NCBI GenBank assembly: GCA_017554145.1
Contig: JAFZIZ010000013.1
Location: 143,685 to 207,684 of the forward strand
Length of the DNA: 64,000 bases
DNA from: Prevotella sp.
GTDB lineage: Bacteria; Bacteroidota; Bacteroidia; Bacteroidales; Bacteroidaceae
Direction of reading: 5' to 3'
A program made the position numbers and the translations under genes. Below the pieces are notes generated by a model that saw only the letters and a program-made list of their open reading frames with translations, did no database searches and was not told the origin of the DNA. Each line of letters starts with the position of its first letter. Within the stretch, counting starts at the first letter, position 1. Shown piece after piece: positions 10,127 to 20,242 of the stretch.

Positions 10127-11335
10127 ATGAAGAATAGGATTATAGCTCTCATCTGGATAACGTTCGCTTTTGCAGTGGTTTCTCTCGCTGCAAACAAGAA
10201 ATTCACGCTAGTGATTGATGCGGGTCATGGAGGACACGATGCTGGCGCATTGGGAGCTTTTTCCAAGGAGAAAAACATCAACCTGAACGTGGCACTTTCC
10301 TTTGGACGCTATGTGGAGAACAATTGTCCTGACGTGAAAGTGATTTATACCCGTAAGACCGATGTCTTTATCCCTCTTCATACGCGTGCCGATATCGCCA
10401 ATAAGAATAAAGCCAACCTCTTTATATCTATTCATACGAATGCCGTTCCTCGTGGAAGAATAGCCAGAGGACTGGAGACTTATACGTTGGGTATGCACCG
10501 TGCAGGTTCTAACTTGGAGGTGGCTAAGCGAGAGAACTCGGTCATCCTGATAGAGAAAGACTATAAACAACATTACGAGGGCTTCGATCCTAATTCGAGC
10601 GAAAGTTATATCATGTTTGAGTTCATGCAGGACAAGAATATGGCACAGAGCGTTGAACTGGCACGTTATGTTCAGAGACGCGTCTGTGCATCAGCAGACA
10701 GACAGGACAAAGGTGTGAAGCAAGCTGGCTTCTTGGTGCTCCGTGAGACTTCGATGCCCAGTTGTTTGATAGAGTTAGGATTCATCACCACCTCTGATGA
10801 AGAGCAGTTTCTGAACACCAGTGATGGTGTCGACCGTCTTGGCTTTGGTATCTATCAGGCCTTCCTGGATTACAAGCGGAAGTATGATACCGGCTTTACA
10901 GTACCTTATCAGGCAGGACCCCAACAGGATATCAATATCCCATCCGTAGTACCTCAGGAGGAGAAGCAGGAGAAGGTCGCTACCCCTGTAAAGGCACAAC
11001 AGGAGCCTCAGGCACCAGCTGTTAAGCCTGAGAAGGAAGCAGAGAAGATTTCGCAGGAATCGTCTCTGATATTCAAGGTACAGATTCTGGCAAGTTCGTC
11101 TCGTCAGAAAATCAGCAAGTCGAAGCTGAACGGACAGAAGAGTGAGTGTTACGAGGAAGGCGGCTTCTATAAATATACAGTAGGAGCGTCGGAAGACTAT
11201 GATGAGATGGTGAAGATACGTGAGGGTCTGGTGGAGCATTTCCCAGAGGCTTTCATCATTGCCTTTAAGAACGGCCAGCGTGTAGATACGCGTGCTGCCA
11301 TTAGTGAGTTTAGGTCAAACAAGAAAAAACGATAA
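10127..11335 (+). CDS. N-acetylmuramoyl-L-alanine amidase (Amidase_3) with C-terminal SPOR-like domain
   Basis: VIDAGHGGHD, EKNINL, FISIHTN, LIELGF; C-terminal FKVQI...YKYTVG...AFIIAF. Confidence 0.92.
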   Translation: MKNRIIALIWITFAFAVVSLAANKKFTLVIDAGHGGHDAGALGAFSKEKNINLNVALSFGRYVENNCPDVKVIYTRKTDVFIPLHTRADIANKNKANLFISIHTNAVPRGRIARGLETYTLGMHRAGSNLEVAKRENSVILIEKDYKQHYEGFDPNSSESYIMFEFMQDKNMAQSVELARYVQRRVCASADRQDKGVKQAGFLVLRETSMPSCLIELGFITTSDEEQFLNTSDGVDRLGFGIYQAFLDYKRKYDTGFTVPYQAGPQQDINIPSVVPQEEKQEKVATPVKAQQEPQAPAVKPEKEAEKISQESSLIFKVQILASSSRQKISKSKLNGQKSECYEEGGFYKYTVGASEDYDEMVKIREGLVEHFPEAFIIAFKNGQRVDTRAAISEFRSNKKKR

Positions 11336-11341
11336 TAGTAT

Positions 11342-12244
11342 ATGAAATTCTTTACGAAAGAAGTACAGATCGCTCTGGTAACCATCGTGGCAATTGTTGT
11401 GCTCTATTTTGGTTTGAACTTCTTAAAGGGGTTGAGCATCTTTTCTAATTCCAATAGTTATTGTGTCGCCTTCGACGATGTCAGTGGCTTGGCGGCTTCA
11501 TCTCCTGTCTATGCCAATGGCTACAAGGTAGGTGTTGTGGAAAGTATCGACTACGACTATAGTCATCCTGAGAAGATCGTTGCCATTATCGGTCTCAATA
11601 AAGAGATGCGTGTGCCCGTAGGCTCTCGCGCAGAGATATCCAGTGACCTGTTGGGCAATATCAAAATCAACTTGGTACTGTCAGACAATCCCTTGCAGTT
11701 TGTGGCTGTAGGCGATACCATCAGAGGTATGATGGAACAGGGCACACTGAGCAAGGCTGCTGCGATGATTCCTGCCGTTGAGGCCATGCTGCCCAAGATA
11801 GATTCCATTTTGACCAGCCTGAATATCCTATTGGCTGACCCAGCGCTTCGTAATACCTTATATAATGTAGAGGGTATGACGGCTAACCTGAATCGTACGA
11901 GTGCAGAGCTGAGAGTCTTGTCGGCCAGTCTGAATCGTGATGTTCCTTCGATGATGAAGAAGGCAGACGGTGTGCTGGATAACACCCAGCAACTCACAGC
12001 CAATCTGAATACCATCGATGTCGCCGAGATGACAGCCAAGGTCAACCAGACATTGGCCAACGTAGAGGAGATGACGCGTAAACTCAATAGTAATGAGGGT
12101 ACTTTGGGCCTCTTGATGCGTGATGCATCCCTCTATAATCACTTGAGTTCAACAGCCGCAGATGCGGATTCTCTGCTCATTGATTTCAAGGCTCATCCAA
12201 AACGCTACATACACTTCTCAGTTTTCGGAAAAAAAGATAAATAA
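11342..12244 (+). CDS. MCE/MlaD family protein
   Basis: N-terminal TM anchor, GL...SPVYANGYKVGVV MCE signature, helical C-terminus ending HPKRYIHFSVF. Confidence 0.88.
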   Translation: MKFFTKEVQIALVTIVAIVVLYFGLNFLKGLSIFSNSNSYCVAFDDVSGLAASSPVYANGYKVGVVESIDYDYSHPEKIVAIIGLNKEMRVPVGSRAEISSDLLGNIKINLVLSDNPLQFVAVGDTIRGMMEQGTLSKAAAMIPAVEAMLPKIDSILTSLNILLADPALRNTLYNVEGMTANLNRTSAELRVLSASLNRDVPSMMKKADGVLDNTQQLTANLNTIDVAEMTAKVNQTLANVEEMTRKLNSNEGTLGLLMRDASLYNHLSSTAADADSLLIDFKAHPKRYIHFSVFGKKDK

Positions 12245-12618
12245 TTTCTTACTAATTTTATTTTGTCTAAATAGAGAACTTCTCTAAAGAAGTTTCAACT
12301 GGAAGTATCGAACTGCTTGATATTGCATCATTTCGGTCGTTTCAATTGTTTTAGTACGCACACGCTATACCCTGTGTGCGGTTTTCGGTTAAATAACTGA
12401 AAAACAAGAACTTAATAATAAACAAGAGGGGTAAAGTCTTCCGTTTTCTTAAAATATCCCTAACGTACGATAGATAAATAAGTTACACTGTTTTGTATAA
12501 TTTTCTTGAATATTTACGGATTTGTTTATCTCAAAAAAAAGTGCGAAATTTGCAAACGAAAACGAAAACTATAATCTTTAACGAGAGTTAGTTTATTAAT
12601 AAAACAGTACAACGCCAC

Positions 12619-14028
12619 ATGGAAAAAACTCCAAAGGCGCTTTGGGGCGACTGCCTTCATTTGATAAAGGAAAACGTCACAGAGCAGCAATATAAGACCT
12701 GGTTTGAGCCCATCGTATTCGAGAAATACGATGCAGAAAGCCAGATGCTTCTCGTACAAGTACCGAGTAGGTACGTGTATGAGTATTTGGAGCAATACTA
12801 TGTCACCTTATTAAGTAAGGTAATATGCCGTTGTTTTGGTGCGAATGTCCAGCTCAACTATCGTATTGTGGTGGATAGAGCACATAGACTGACTGTGAAG
12901 GAAGCAGGTAGTGAGCCTGTGAATATCGAGCGTCCTCAGCCCACGAATCGTGGCAACAAAGCTCCCACGGAGTTGGATGCTGCTGTTCCTCAGGACTTGA
13001 ATCCCCAGTTGGATGTCCACAAGACTTTCCAGAGTTTCATAGAGGGCGATAGTAATAAGCTCCCCAGAACGGTGGGCCTCTCTATTGCAGAGCATCCGGG
13101 AAAGACTACTTTCAATCCGTTCTTCGTTTTTGGTCCTTCAGGATGTGGTAAGACACACCTCATCAACGCCATTGGCGTGAAATGTAAGGAGATGTATCCC
13201 CAGAAGCGTGTGTTGTATGTCTCTGCCCGCTTGTTCCAAGTGCAGTTCTCTGATGCAAGACGTAGGAACACCATCAACGACTTCATCCATTTCTATCAGA
13301 CGATTGATGTGCTGATTGTGGATGATGTGCAGGAATGGGCAACGGCAGAGAAGACGGTAGCCACCTTCTTCCATATCTTCGACCATCTGTTCCGCATGGG
13401 TAAGCAGATCATCCTTGCCAGCGATCGTCCTCCAGTTGACTTGAAGTGGTTGCAGGATCGTATGCTGACACGTTTCTCTTGTGGCTTGATTGCTGAGTTG
13501 GAGAAGCCCAACGTACAGTTGTGTATCGATATCCTGCATTCCAAGTGCAAGCGCGATGGTTTGAAGATTCCTGAGGATGTCATCCAGTTTATCGCAGAGA
13601 CAGCCAATGGTTCCGTTCGTGACTTGGAGGGCGTAGTCAATTCGTTGATGGCTTACTCCATCGTTTATAACAGTGGTATCGATATGCGTCTGGCAGAGCG
13701 TGTTATCAAGCGTGCCGTGAAGGTCGACAATCACCCACTTACTGTCGACGATATTTTGGAGAAGGTATGTGGCCATTACAATGTCACTCCGCAGAACGTG
13801 TTCAGCAAGTCTCGTAAGCGCGACTACGTCATCGTACGTCAGGTATCGATGTATCTGGCTCAGAAGTACACGAAGATGCCCGCCTCACGTATCGGACAGT
13901 TGATAGGTGGTAGAGACCATTCTACCGTTATTCACAGTTGCTCCACCATTGAGCAGCGCCTGAAGGTCGACAAGTCCTTCTCTGCCGAACTGAGCAGTAT
14001 CGAGAGTTCTTTCAAACTAAGAAAATAA
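12619..14028 (+). CDS. dnaA: Chromosomal replication initiator DnaA
   Basis: FNPFFVFGPSGCGKTHL Walker A, LIVDDVQ, SDRPP, VRDLEG, GGRDHSTVIHS domain IV. Confidence 0.97.
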   Translation: MEKTPKALWGDCLHLIKENVTEQQYKTWFEPIVFEKYDAESQMLLVQVPSRYVYEYLEQYYVTLLSKVICRCFGANVQLNYRIVVDRAHRLTVKEAGSEPVNIERPQPTNRGNKAPTELDAAVPQDLNPQLDVHKTFQSFIEGDSNKLPRTVGLSIAEHPGKTTFNPFFVFGPSGCGKTHLINAIGVKCKEMYPQKRVLYVSARLFQVQFSDARRRNTINDFIHFYQTIDVLIVDDVQEWATAEKTVATFFHIFDHLFRMGKQIILASDRPPVDLKWLQDRMLTRFSCGLIAELEKPNVQLCIDILHSKCKRDGLKIPEDVIQFIAETANGSVRDLEGVVNSLMAYSIVYNSGIDMRLAERVIKRAVKVDNHPLTVDDILEKVCGHYNVTPQNVFSKSRKRDYVIVRQVSMYLAQKYTKMPASRIGQLIGGRDHSTVIHSCSTIEQRLKVDKSFSAELSSIESSFKLRK

Positions 14029-14042
14029 GTGATTGAAAAAGT

Positions 14043-14069
14043 AAAGGACGGTTTTGAGCCGTCCTTTAT
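14043..14069. terminator. Bidirectional intrinsic terminator between dnaA and GH97
   Basis: aaaggacgg-ttttgag-ccgtccttt inverted repeat between convergent genes. Confidence 0.8.
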
Positions 14070-14072
14070 TTC

Positions 14073-16013
14073 TTATTGAAGGATGAATCCTCCGTTAGCT
14101 TGCATGATGACCTTCGCCTGTCCTTTCTTATCTATCTTCAGTTGTTTGAGTTCTGCGTAGCCATCCGCATTATCTGTATAGTATTTCACGGTCTGTCCTG
14201 CCAGCATCGGCAATTGAAGCGTTAGGCTCTTGGCGGCCTTCTCTGCATTGAGTCCTGCAATATACCACTGCTGTCCGTGACGACGGGCAAGGACGACGAA
14301 CTTACCTGGATAGCCGTCGATATAACGTGTCTCATCCCATGTGGTAGGCAGTGCCTTGAGGAAATCGAGTTCTACTTGTGGCAGTTCTGCGAGATTATTG
14401 GGTTGCATGGCTACACACTGTATCGCCGTCTGCATCGTGATACCACTTGCCATCTCGAAGACATCCGTGGTCTTGCGGCTATGGCGACTCTTGTTGTCAC
14501 GACTCAGATAGCGATTCATGATAATGCCGCCCCAGTCCATCGAGGCAGTCGCATTACGACAGAAAGGATGCAACGTCAGGTCATAGGGTTGACGGACAGC
14601 GTTATTCTCGCCAAAGAACACGTTTTCCGAAGCTAACACAGCCTCACTGGCGACATAGTTGGGATACAGCCGTTCCCATCCTCTTGGCAACGTACAGCCG
14701 TGGAAGATACACTGCAAACCGTAACGGTTGGCATCATAGAGGATATCCTCATAGAGTTGCATCGTCTGTTGCTTGTCGCCTCCGAAGAAGTCTACCTTGA
14801 TGCCAGCCACACCCACGCTCTTCAGCCACGCCATCTCCTTGTCTCGTGCATACGAGGTACTCAGGCGTTGACGAGGTGTCTGTGGCGCGTCATTCTCATA
14901 GCCGTTGGAGTTATACCATAGCATCAGGCGTACACCCTTAGCCATCGCGTAGTTCGACAGTTCCACAATCTTGTCTCTTCCGATACGCTCGTCCCACCAG
15001 TTGTCTACCAGACAATACTCGAATCCCATCGCAGCAGCAAGGTCGATAAACTGCACCTGGTCCTGATAGTTGATGCTCTCGTCTTGCCAGATGAGCCAAC
15101 TCCACGTATAGCGTCCACCTCTGTATTTCTCCGAAGGTTCATAGAGAGGTTCAACGACGTCATAGGATATCGTCGTCTCGACAATAGGTTTTAGACTGTT
15201 GCCGATGGTGATGGTGCGCCAAGGGGTACTGCCTGGCACGGCAATACCTGCTGATGTCGTCCCGTTGCCATTGTTCTCTCCAGCCATCGGGTAGGCGATG
15301 GTATAGCCCTTCTCAACGGAATAGTCGCTCAGATGCGAACCCACATACGCCGAAGTGACACCCGTCTCACTGAGCAATATCCATCCCTTGTCGTTGATGC
15401 GGAAGAGCGCAGGGAACACATACCCCTGTCCGTATTGCGAACGGATGTTCATCTCCGTATCTGCCGAATAGAGCTCTTCGTAACTGGGTTTCGTCCTTTC
15501 CCATCCCACCATCGGGTCGCTCTGGGGCGAAAGGAACGTTGTGGTGCCCTCAGGAAACAGGAAAGCGGAAGCCTCGCTAGTGATGACAGCACTCTTAGGA
15601 TTGTCGTTAGTCTGTCGTAACAGCGTATAACGGAACGCGATGTCATTGTCGGAAACGAGGAAGGTCACTACCATTTGGTGTTTTTTGCTATTCGCCAGCG
15701 TGATATCCAGTTGGTTGGCAACGTAGTCGCTATGCGAAGCCTTCGTGCGCGTCATGTCATAATGCTTCTCCATCTTCGACTCCTTCGCATCTTCCATCGT
15801 TAGTCCCTGTGTGAAGTCTCCGATATTCGTCATCAGTCCCAACCTTGACGGACACATCATTTCCTCTCCATCATAGTTGACAGCATACGTAGCGATACCG
15901 TTTTTTACACTCACCTTCACTGCCAGTCTGCCGTCGGGCGATGTCACTTGCTTGCTTTCTGCCAGCATCATCAATGGGCAGAGCATCATAATAAGTAATA
16001 GTTTGGTCTTCAT
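14073..16013 (-). CDS. Glycoside hydrolase family 97, probably retaining type (alpha-galactosidase-like)
   Basis: SPDG N-terminus, STPWRTI, FIDLAA.MG.EY, GIKVDFF (Asp nucleophile as in retaining GH97), FHGC, PTTWDET. Confidence 0.9.
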   Translation of the reverse strand: MKTKLLLIMMLCPLMMLAESKQVTSPDGRLAVKVSVKNGIATYAVNYDGEEMMCPSRLGLMTNIGDFTQGLTMEDAKESKMEKHYDMTRTKASHSDYVANQLDITLANSKKHQMVVTFLVSDNDIAFRYTLLRQTNDNPKSAVITSEASAFLFPEGTTTFLSPQSDPMVGWERTKPSYEELYSADTEMNIRSQYGQGYVFPALFRINDKGWILLSETGVTSAYVGSHLSDYSVEKGYTIAYPMAGENNGNGTTSAGIAVPGSTPWRTITIGNSLKPIVETTISYDVVEPLYEPSEKYRGGRYTWSWLIWQDESINYQDQVQFIDLAAAMGFEYCLVDNWWDERIGRDKIVELSNYAMAKGVRLMLWYNSNGYENDAPQTPRQRLSTSYARDKEMAWLKSVGVAGIKVDFFGGDKQQTMQLYEDILYDANRYGLQCIFHGCTLPRGWERLYPNYVASEAVLASENVFFGENNAVRQPYDLTLHPFCRNATASMDWGGIIMNRYLSRDNKSRHSRKTTDVFEMASGITMQTAIQCVAMQPNNLAELPQVELDFLKALPTTWDETRYIDGYPGKFVVLARRHGQQWYIAGLNAEKAAKSLTLQLPMLAGQTVKYYTDNADGYAELKQLKIDKKGQAKVIMQANGGFILQ

Positions 16014-17068
16014 ATTTCTTGTTTTTGTATCTGGGAAAAAAGTTGACGTATATTATATTGGGCCACCTCCTTACGCATAGCTTCTTCGAGAGGGATGCCA
16101 GGCGGATTGATACATTCCACACGGGCAAAGCCTGCATTTAAGAGTTCTTCGCAATCGCTAATCTTTCCGGCTATCAGGAAGACTGGAACAGGTCCGGATT
16201 GTTCCAGAATACCCATAGGCAGTTTGCCCATCAGCGTCTGACGATCAGCAGAGCCTTCACCAGTGATAATGAGGTCTGCGTCTTTAATCATTTCTTGGAA
16301 GTGGATAGTGTCGAGCAGTAATTGAATGCCAGACATACTTTGGGCATTGAGGTATTGTAGAAAGGCATAGCCAAGTCCTCCGGCAGCACCAGCACCAGCC
16401 ATTTGTGAACGGTCATAGCCGAAATGCTTGGCAGACATTTCTGCGAATTTCCTGGCTCGCTCGTCTAAGCGAAGCACCATTTCTGGCGTAGCACCTTTTT
16501 GAGGAGCATAGACATGAGCCGCACCCTGTTCGCCATAAAGCGGGTTCTTGACGTCAGAAGCAATGGTGAATGTGATATCCTTGAAGGCGTCGATGTCATC
16601 CCATCTTTCTTTATTAAAGGCATCTGTAAGTGCATGAAGCATGCCTACGCCTGCATCGCTTGTGGCACTGCCACCAAGACCAACGATGATGTGCCTAGCT
16701 CCCTTGCGAATAGCATCGGCTACCAGTTGACCAGTACCATAGCTCGTAGCCACCATTGGGTTACGCTCTTCCTTTACCAACAAGGTCAGGCCACTGGCTT
16801 GCGCTATCTCAATAACGGCCATCTCGTTGTGCAACAGATATTTTGCCGTGACAGGACGCATCAGCGGATCCCTCACCGTCACTTCCTCCAACCTGCCACC
16901 AATAGCAGCATGGAAAGCTTCCATATAGCCCTCACCTCCATCGCTGACAGGCAATTCGACAATCTCTGCCTCAGGATAAGCCATTCTGATACCCTCTGCT
17001 GCAGCCTCGTTAGCTTCTTTAGAAGTCAGGCATCCCTTGAATGAATCTATGGCGATGATTACTTTCAT
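16010..17068 (-). CDS. glxK: Glycerate kinase
   Basis: IAIDSFKG, PVSDGGEG, GLGGSATSDAG, DVKNPL.G, GAAGGLG, ITGEG motifs. Confidence 0.93.
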   Translation of the reverse strand: MKVIIAIDSFKGCLTSKEANEAAAEGIRMAYPEAEIVELPVSDGGEGYMEAFHAAIGGRLEEVTVRDPLMRPVTAKYLLHNEMAVIEIAQASGLTLLVKEERNPMVATSYGTGQLVADAIRKGARHIIVGLGGSATSDAGVGMLHALTDAFNKERWDDIDAFKDITFTIASDVKNPLYGEQGAAHVYAPQKGATPEMVLRLDERARKFAEMSAKHFGYDRSQMAGAGAAGGLGYAFLQYLNAQSMSGIQLLLDTIHFQEMIKDADLIITGEGSADRQTLMGKLPMGILEQSGPVPVFLIAGKISDCEELLNAGFARVECINPPGIPLEEAMRKEVAQYNIRQLFSQIQKQEI

Positions 17069-17280
17069 GCTGCAAAATTACAAAAATCTATGGAAAAAAT
17101 ATATATACTTTTCCATTATCGTTATTGCTTTAATTATGTTAGATTATTTATAATTCGATTTCAGTTATTACATTGTCAAAGAAAAAATGAAATATGTAAA
17201 GTTCCAAGTTTTTCGATAGAAAACTGAGAAAGAACGGCTTTTTCCTAGGCCGACGAGGAATACTTTTTTCTTCGAACTCA

Positions 17281-17316
17281 AAAAATCCGTGTAATCTTTC
17301 GACTACACGGATTTTT
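17281..17316. terminator. Terminator-like hairpin downstream of the dnaK fragment
   Basis: aaaaatccgtgta-N10-tacacggattttt. Confidence 0.7.
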
Positions 17317-17338
17317 GATAATACCTATTAAAGATTAA

Positions 17339-17428
17339 TTACTTAACTTCCTCGAAGTCGGCATCCTGGATGTTCTCATCCTTTGAAGCCTCCTGCCGAG
17401 TCTGCTGTCCGTTGAAAGGATTGTCCTG
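17339..17428 (-). pseudogene. dnaK: Orphan 3' fragment of dnaK (last ~30 codons)
   Basis: Minus strand reads QDNPFNGQQTRQEASKDENIQDADFEEVK*, matching the DnaK C-terminal DA(D/E)FEEVK motif. No start codon; in-frame TGA just upstream. Confidence 0.7.
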
Positions 17429-17528
17429 ATCTGATAGGTACGGTACCTGTCAGATCTTTATTAAAAAATATAGAAATCCTTGCAACTTTAAGAAATAATC
17501 TTTATCTTTAAAACTAGTTTTTAAGATA

Positions 17529-17663
17529 CTCTCACTCGAAAGTATAATTAAAAAGTTCCTATTTTATTTTGTACTTTCCTCGCTTATTGGATAAAATTCT
17601 TACGCTCGACATAAAAAGTTCACTTTTTTGTTCTCACTTAATCGAATTTTTTGTATCTTTGCC
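17529..17663 (+). repeat. Two degenerate copies of the promoter-associated palindromic element
   Basis: ctcgaaagtataa...ttttgtactttcctcgcttatt and ctcgacataaaaag...ttttttgttctcacttaatcg, ending in TATCTTTG. Confidence 0.45.
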
Positions 17664-17757
17664 AGTGTAATAACTGAAGATAAACTCTAAAAATTGATTA
17701 GTCCACGTTTTTTACAAGTACAATTAAATAATCAAAAATAAATAAAACAAGTCACCT

Positions 17758-18483
17758 ATGAAGAAGATATTGACAATCGTACTGTTTTTATTGGTAGAAC
17801 TGGTAGCTAATGCACAGGATTTTGTAGTCGAAGACAATGACACAACAGTGAAATCCGAGTATAATAATGGGCGTGTTTGGGCTTATCGTCAAATAGGTAA
17901 TCTCGTTGTAGGTATGACAAATTATGTGAATAAAGATGGATACGGCAAAAATTACCAAATACAGATATTCATCAAGAATCTAAGCGAAACATCGTTATCA
18001 TTCGACCCTTCTATGGTTACCTCAAAATTATATGATAAAGACGGCAAAACAGAAGAAATGAAAGTATATTCTTTCGAGCAATATATGAAGAAAATCAAAA
18101 GTCAACAAGCTTGGACAATGGCTTTGAATGGTATTTCCGCAGGTCTTTCCATAGGAATGGCAGGTAAACAAACGACATATACGACATCATATAATGATAA
18201 TGGAATGCCATATACCCAAATACATACAACATATAATAGTGCCGCTGCTTCTGCGGTAAAGATGGCTGCGACTACACAGATAATGACACTTAGTAAGATG
18301 ATGTCTAATGACAAGAAAACTATATCTCAAGGCTATTTGAAAAAAACAATCATACATCCAGACGAGGGTATCATTGGCTATATGAATATTAAGCATAAGA
18401 AAGGGCAGAAAATGCAGGTTGATATTCCTGTCGGTGATAATGTGTATTCATTCTGTTGGGATGTTTCAAAGAAGAAAAAGTAA
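17758..18483 (+). CDS. Hypothetical exported protein
   Basis: Signal peptide MKKILTIVLFLLVELVANAQ, 241 aa, AT-rich codons, no recognised family. Confidence 0.8.
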   Translation: MKKILTIVLFLLVELVANAQDFVVEDNDTTVKSEYNNGRVWAYRQIGNLVVGMTNYVNKDGYGKNYQIQIFIKNLSETSLSFDPSMVTSKLYDKDGKTEEMKVYSFEQYMKKIKSQQAWTMALNGISAGLSIGMAGKQTTYTTSYNDNGMPYTQIHTTYNSAAASAVKMAATTQIMTLSKMMSNDKKTISQGYLKKTIIHPDEGIIGYMNIKHKKGQKMQVDIPVGDNVYSFCWDVSKKKK

Positions 18484-18613
18484 TAATTTATGTCATAATG
18501 ATATTAAATCGGAAATGGTCTGATGTTTGCAAGTAGCAGATAAAAGGTCAACCGAATGAATAAGAAGAATGCGTCCATAACGGGGGCATAAGTAATACTT
18601 AATAGGTAAAAAC

Positions 18614-19246
18614 ATGAAACATCGAATGATTCTGCTTTCCACACTCATGGTAATCTTCCTGAGTGCGTGTGCAAAGAAAGTGAAACTGACCATCGACGGA
18701 ACCCTGTCGCCTACACAGACAACGTTGTACCTGATTATCAACGAGGACACGGCGAATGCCCAGCGCATCCCCATCAACGATGCAAAATTCTCTGTTACCA
18801 TTGAAGTGGATAAGAATGACTTCATACGCCTACACGATTACAAAGAATGGCCTGAGCGTAGTGTCTTCGTACTCATCCCTGATAGTCGCCATATTACTAT
18901 CAACACATGGAACGGTACAATAGAGGGTTCTCCGATGTCACTACGTTTGCAGAAAGCCATCAAAGGCATACGGGAAGCAGGACCTGGTACTTTTCACATT
19001 GATGTATTCTCTGAAGACCCGAAGGCATGGGAAGAAGCACGCATTCAGGAGAGGGCTATCCGTGCACATATGGAAGAGGAGCAACGGCAGGTCGTTCGCG
19101 AGGTGATGTTGGAGAATAAGGACAACAATATCCCTGCATGGGTATTGATTTGTTTCCCGGAACAGGCTTCCATGTATTTCGACGAGGTTACCAAAGGCTC
19201 ACCGAAATGGATGAAGCATCCTATATTAATGAAGAAAAAGAAATAA
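18614..19246 (+). CDS. Hypothetical lipoprotein (possibly DUF4369-like)
   Basis: Lipobox-like FLSAC, beta-rich N-terminus, helical C-terminus. Confidence 0.7.
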   Translation: MKHRMILLSTLMVIFLSACAKKVKLTIDGTLSPTQTTLYLIINEDTANAQRIPINDAKFSVTIEVDKNDFIRLHDYKEWPERSVFVLIPDSRHITINTWNGTIEGSPMSLRLQKAIKGIREAGPGTFHIDVFSEDPKAWEEARIQERAIRAHMEEEQRQVVREVMLENKDNNIPAWVLICFPEQASMYFDEVTKGSPKWMKHPILMKKKK

Positions 19247-19255
19247 CACCTCGCG

Positions 19256-20242
19256 ATGAAGATCAGTAGCATCATCCTGAAGATTCTCATGCCACTGGTG
19301 CTAGGAGGCGCCATTCTGTATTGGATGTATCGTGGAGAGGATTGGCATCAGATCCGTCATATCATGACTGATGAGATGGACTGGTCGTGGATGTTGCTGT
19401 CGTTTCCCTTCGGCATCCTTGCCCAGATGTTCAGGGGTTGGAGATGGAAGCAGTCACTGGAACCAGTAGGAGAACGTCCCAGGACTTCTACCAGTATTCA
19501 TGCCATCTTCCTCTCGTATGCCGCCTCGTTGGTGATACCCCGTGTGGGCGAGTTCACACGTTGCGGTGTATTGAAACGATACGATAATGTATCTTTCTCG
19601 AAGGCGTTGGGCACGGTGGTGACAGAACGAGCCATCGACTCTCTGTTGATCATGGGTATCACGGCATTGGTGCTGTTGTTGGAGATGAGTACCTTCGGTA
19701 TGTTCTTCCGCAAGACTGGCACCAACCTGCAAACCATCCTACACGGATTCTCATGGATGGGTTATCTGGTAGTGGCTATTTGTGCCGTCGCCATCCTCAT
19801 CCTGTTGCATTTCCTGTTGCGGAAGTTATCCATATATAATAAGGTAAAAGCGACGTTCTCGAATATCTGGCAGGGTGTCATCTCACTGAGAAACGTGCGT
19901 AACATCCCCCTCTTCGTCTTTTTCACCTTAGGCATCTGGGTAAGTTATTTTCTGCACTATTATCTCACCTTCTTCTGTTTCGACTTCACGGCAGACTTAG
20001 GTATCGGCTGTGCCTTGGTAACGTTTATCGTAGGTAGTATTGCCGTTATCGTACCTACACCTAACGGTGCAGGTCCTTGGCATTTCGCAGTGAAGACGAT
20101 GCTGATACTTTACGGCGTGGCTGATGAGCATGCGCTCTACTTCGTCCTCATTGTCCATACCGTTCAAACCATGTTGGTCGTTGCCCTTGGCATCTACGCA
20201 TGGTTAGCACTGAATTTTACATCTAAAAACCAAAGTATATGA
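19256..20242 (+). CDS. Lysylphosphatidylglycerol synthase TM / flippase-like membrane protein
   Basis: RGWRW, PRVGE..RC, GTVVTERAID, PTPNGAGPWH motifs. Confidence 0.87.
   Translation: MKISSIILKILMPLVLGGAILYWMYRGEDWHQIRHIMTDEMDWSWMLLSFPFGILAQMFRGWRWKQSLEPVGERPRTSTSIHAIFLSYAASLVIPRVGEFTRCGVLKRYDNVSFSKALGTVVTERAIDSLLIMGITALVLLLEMSTFGMFFRKTGTNLQTILHGFSWMGYLVVAICAVAILILLHFLLRKLSIYNKVKATFSNIWQGVISLRNVRNIPLFVFFTLGIWVSYFLHYYLTFFCFDFTADLGIGCALVTFIVGSIAVIVPTPNGAGPWHFAVKTMLILYGVADEHALYFVLIVHTVQTMLVVALGIYAWLALNFTSKNQSI

Noticed and set aside
12245-12618. oriC in the AT-rich gap upstream of dnaA
   Set aside because: Only one imperfect DnaA-box-like word was seen (ttgtataa, about 12493-12500) and no clustered TTATnCACA boxes; GC-skew or Ori-Finder analysis would be needed.
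17069-18610. Intact prophage, ICE or IS element
   Set aside because: No integrase, transposase or phage gene was recognised anywhere in the window; only a possible scar is supported.
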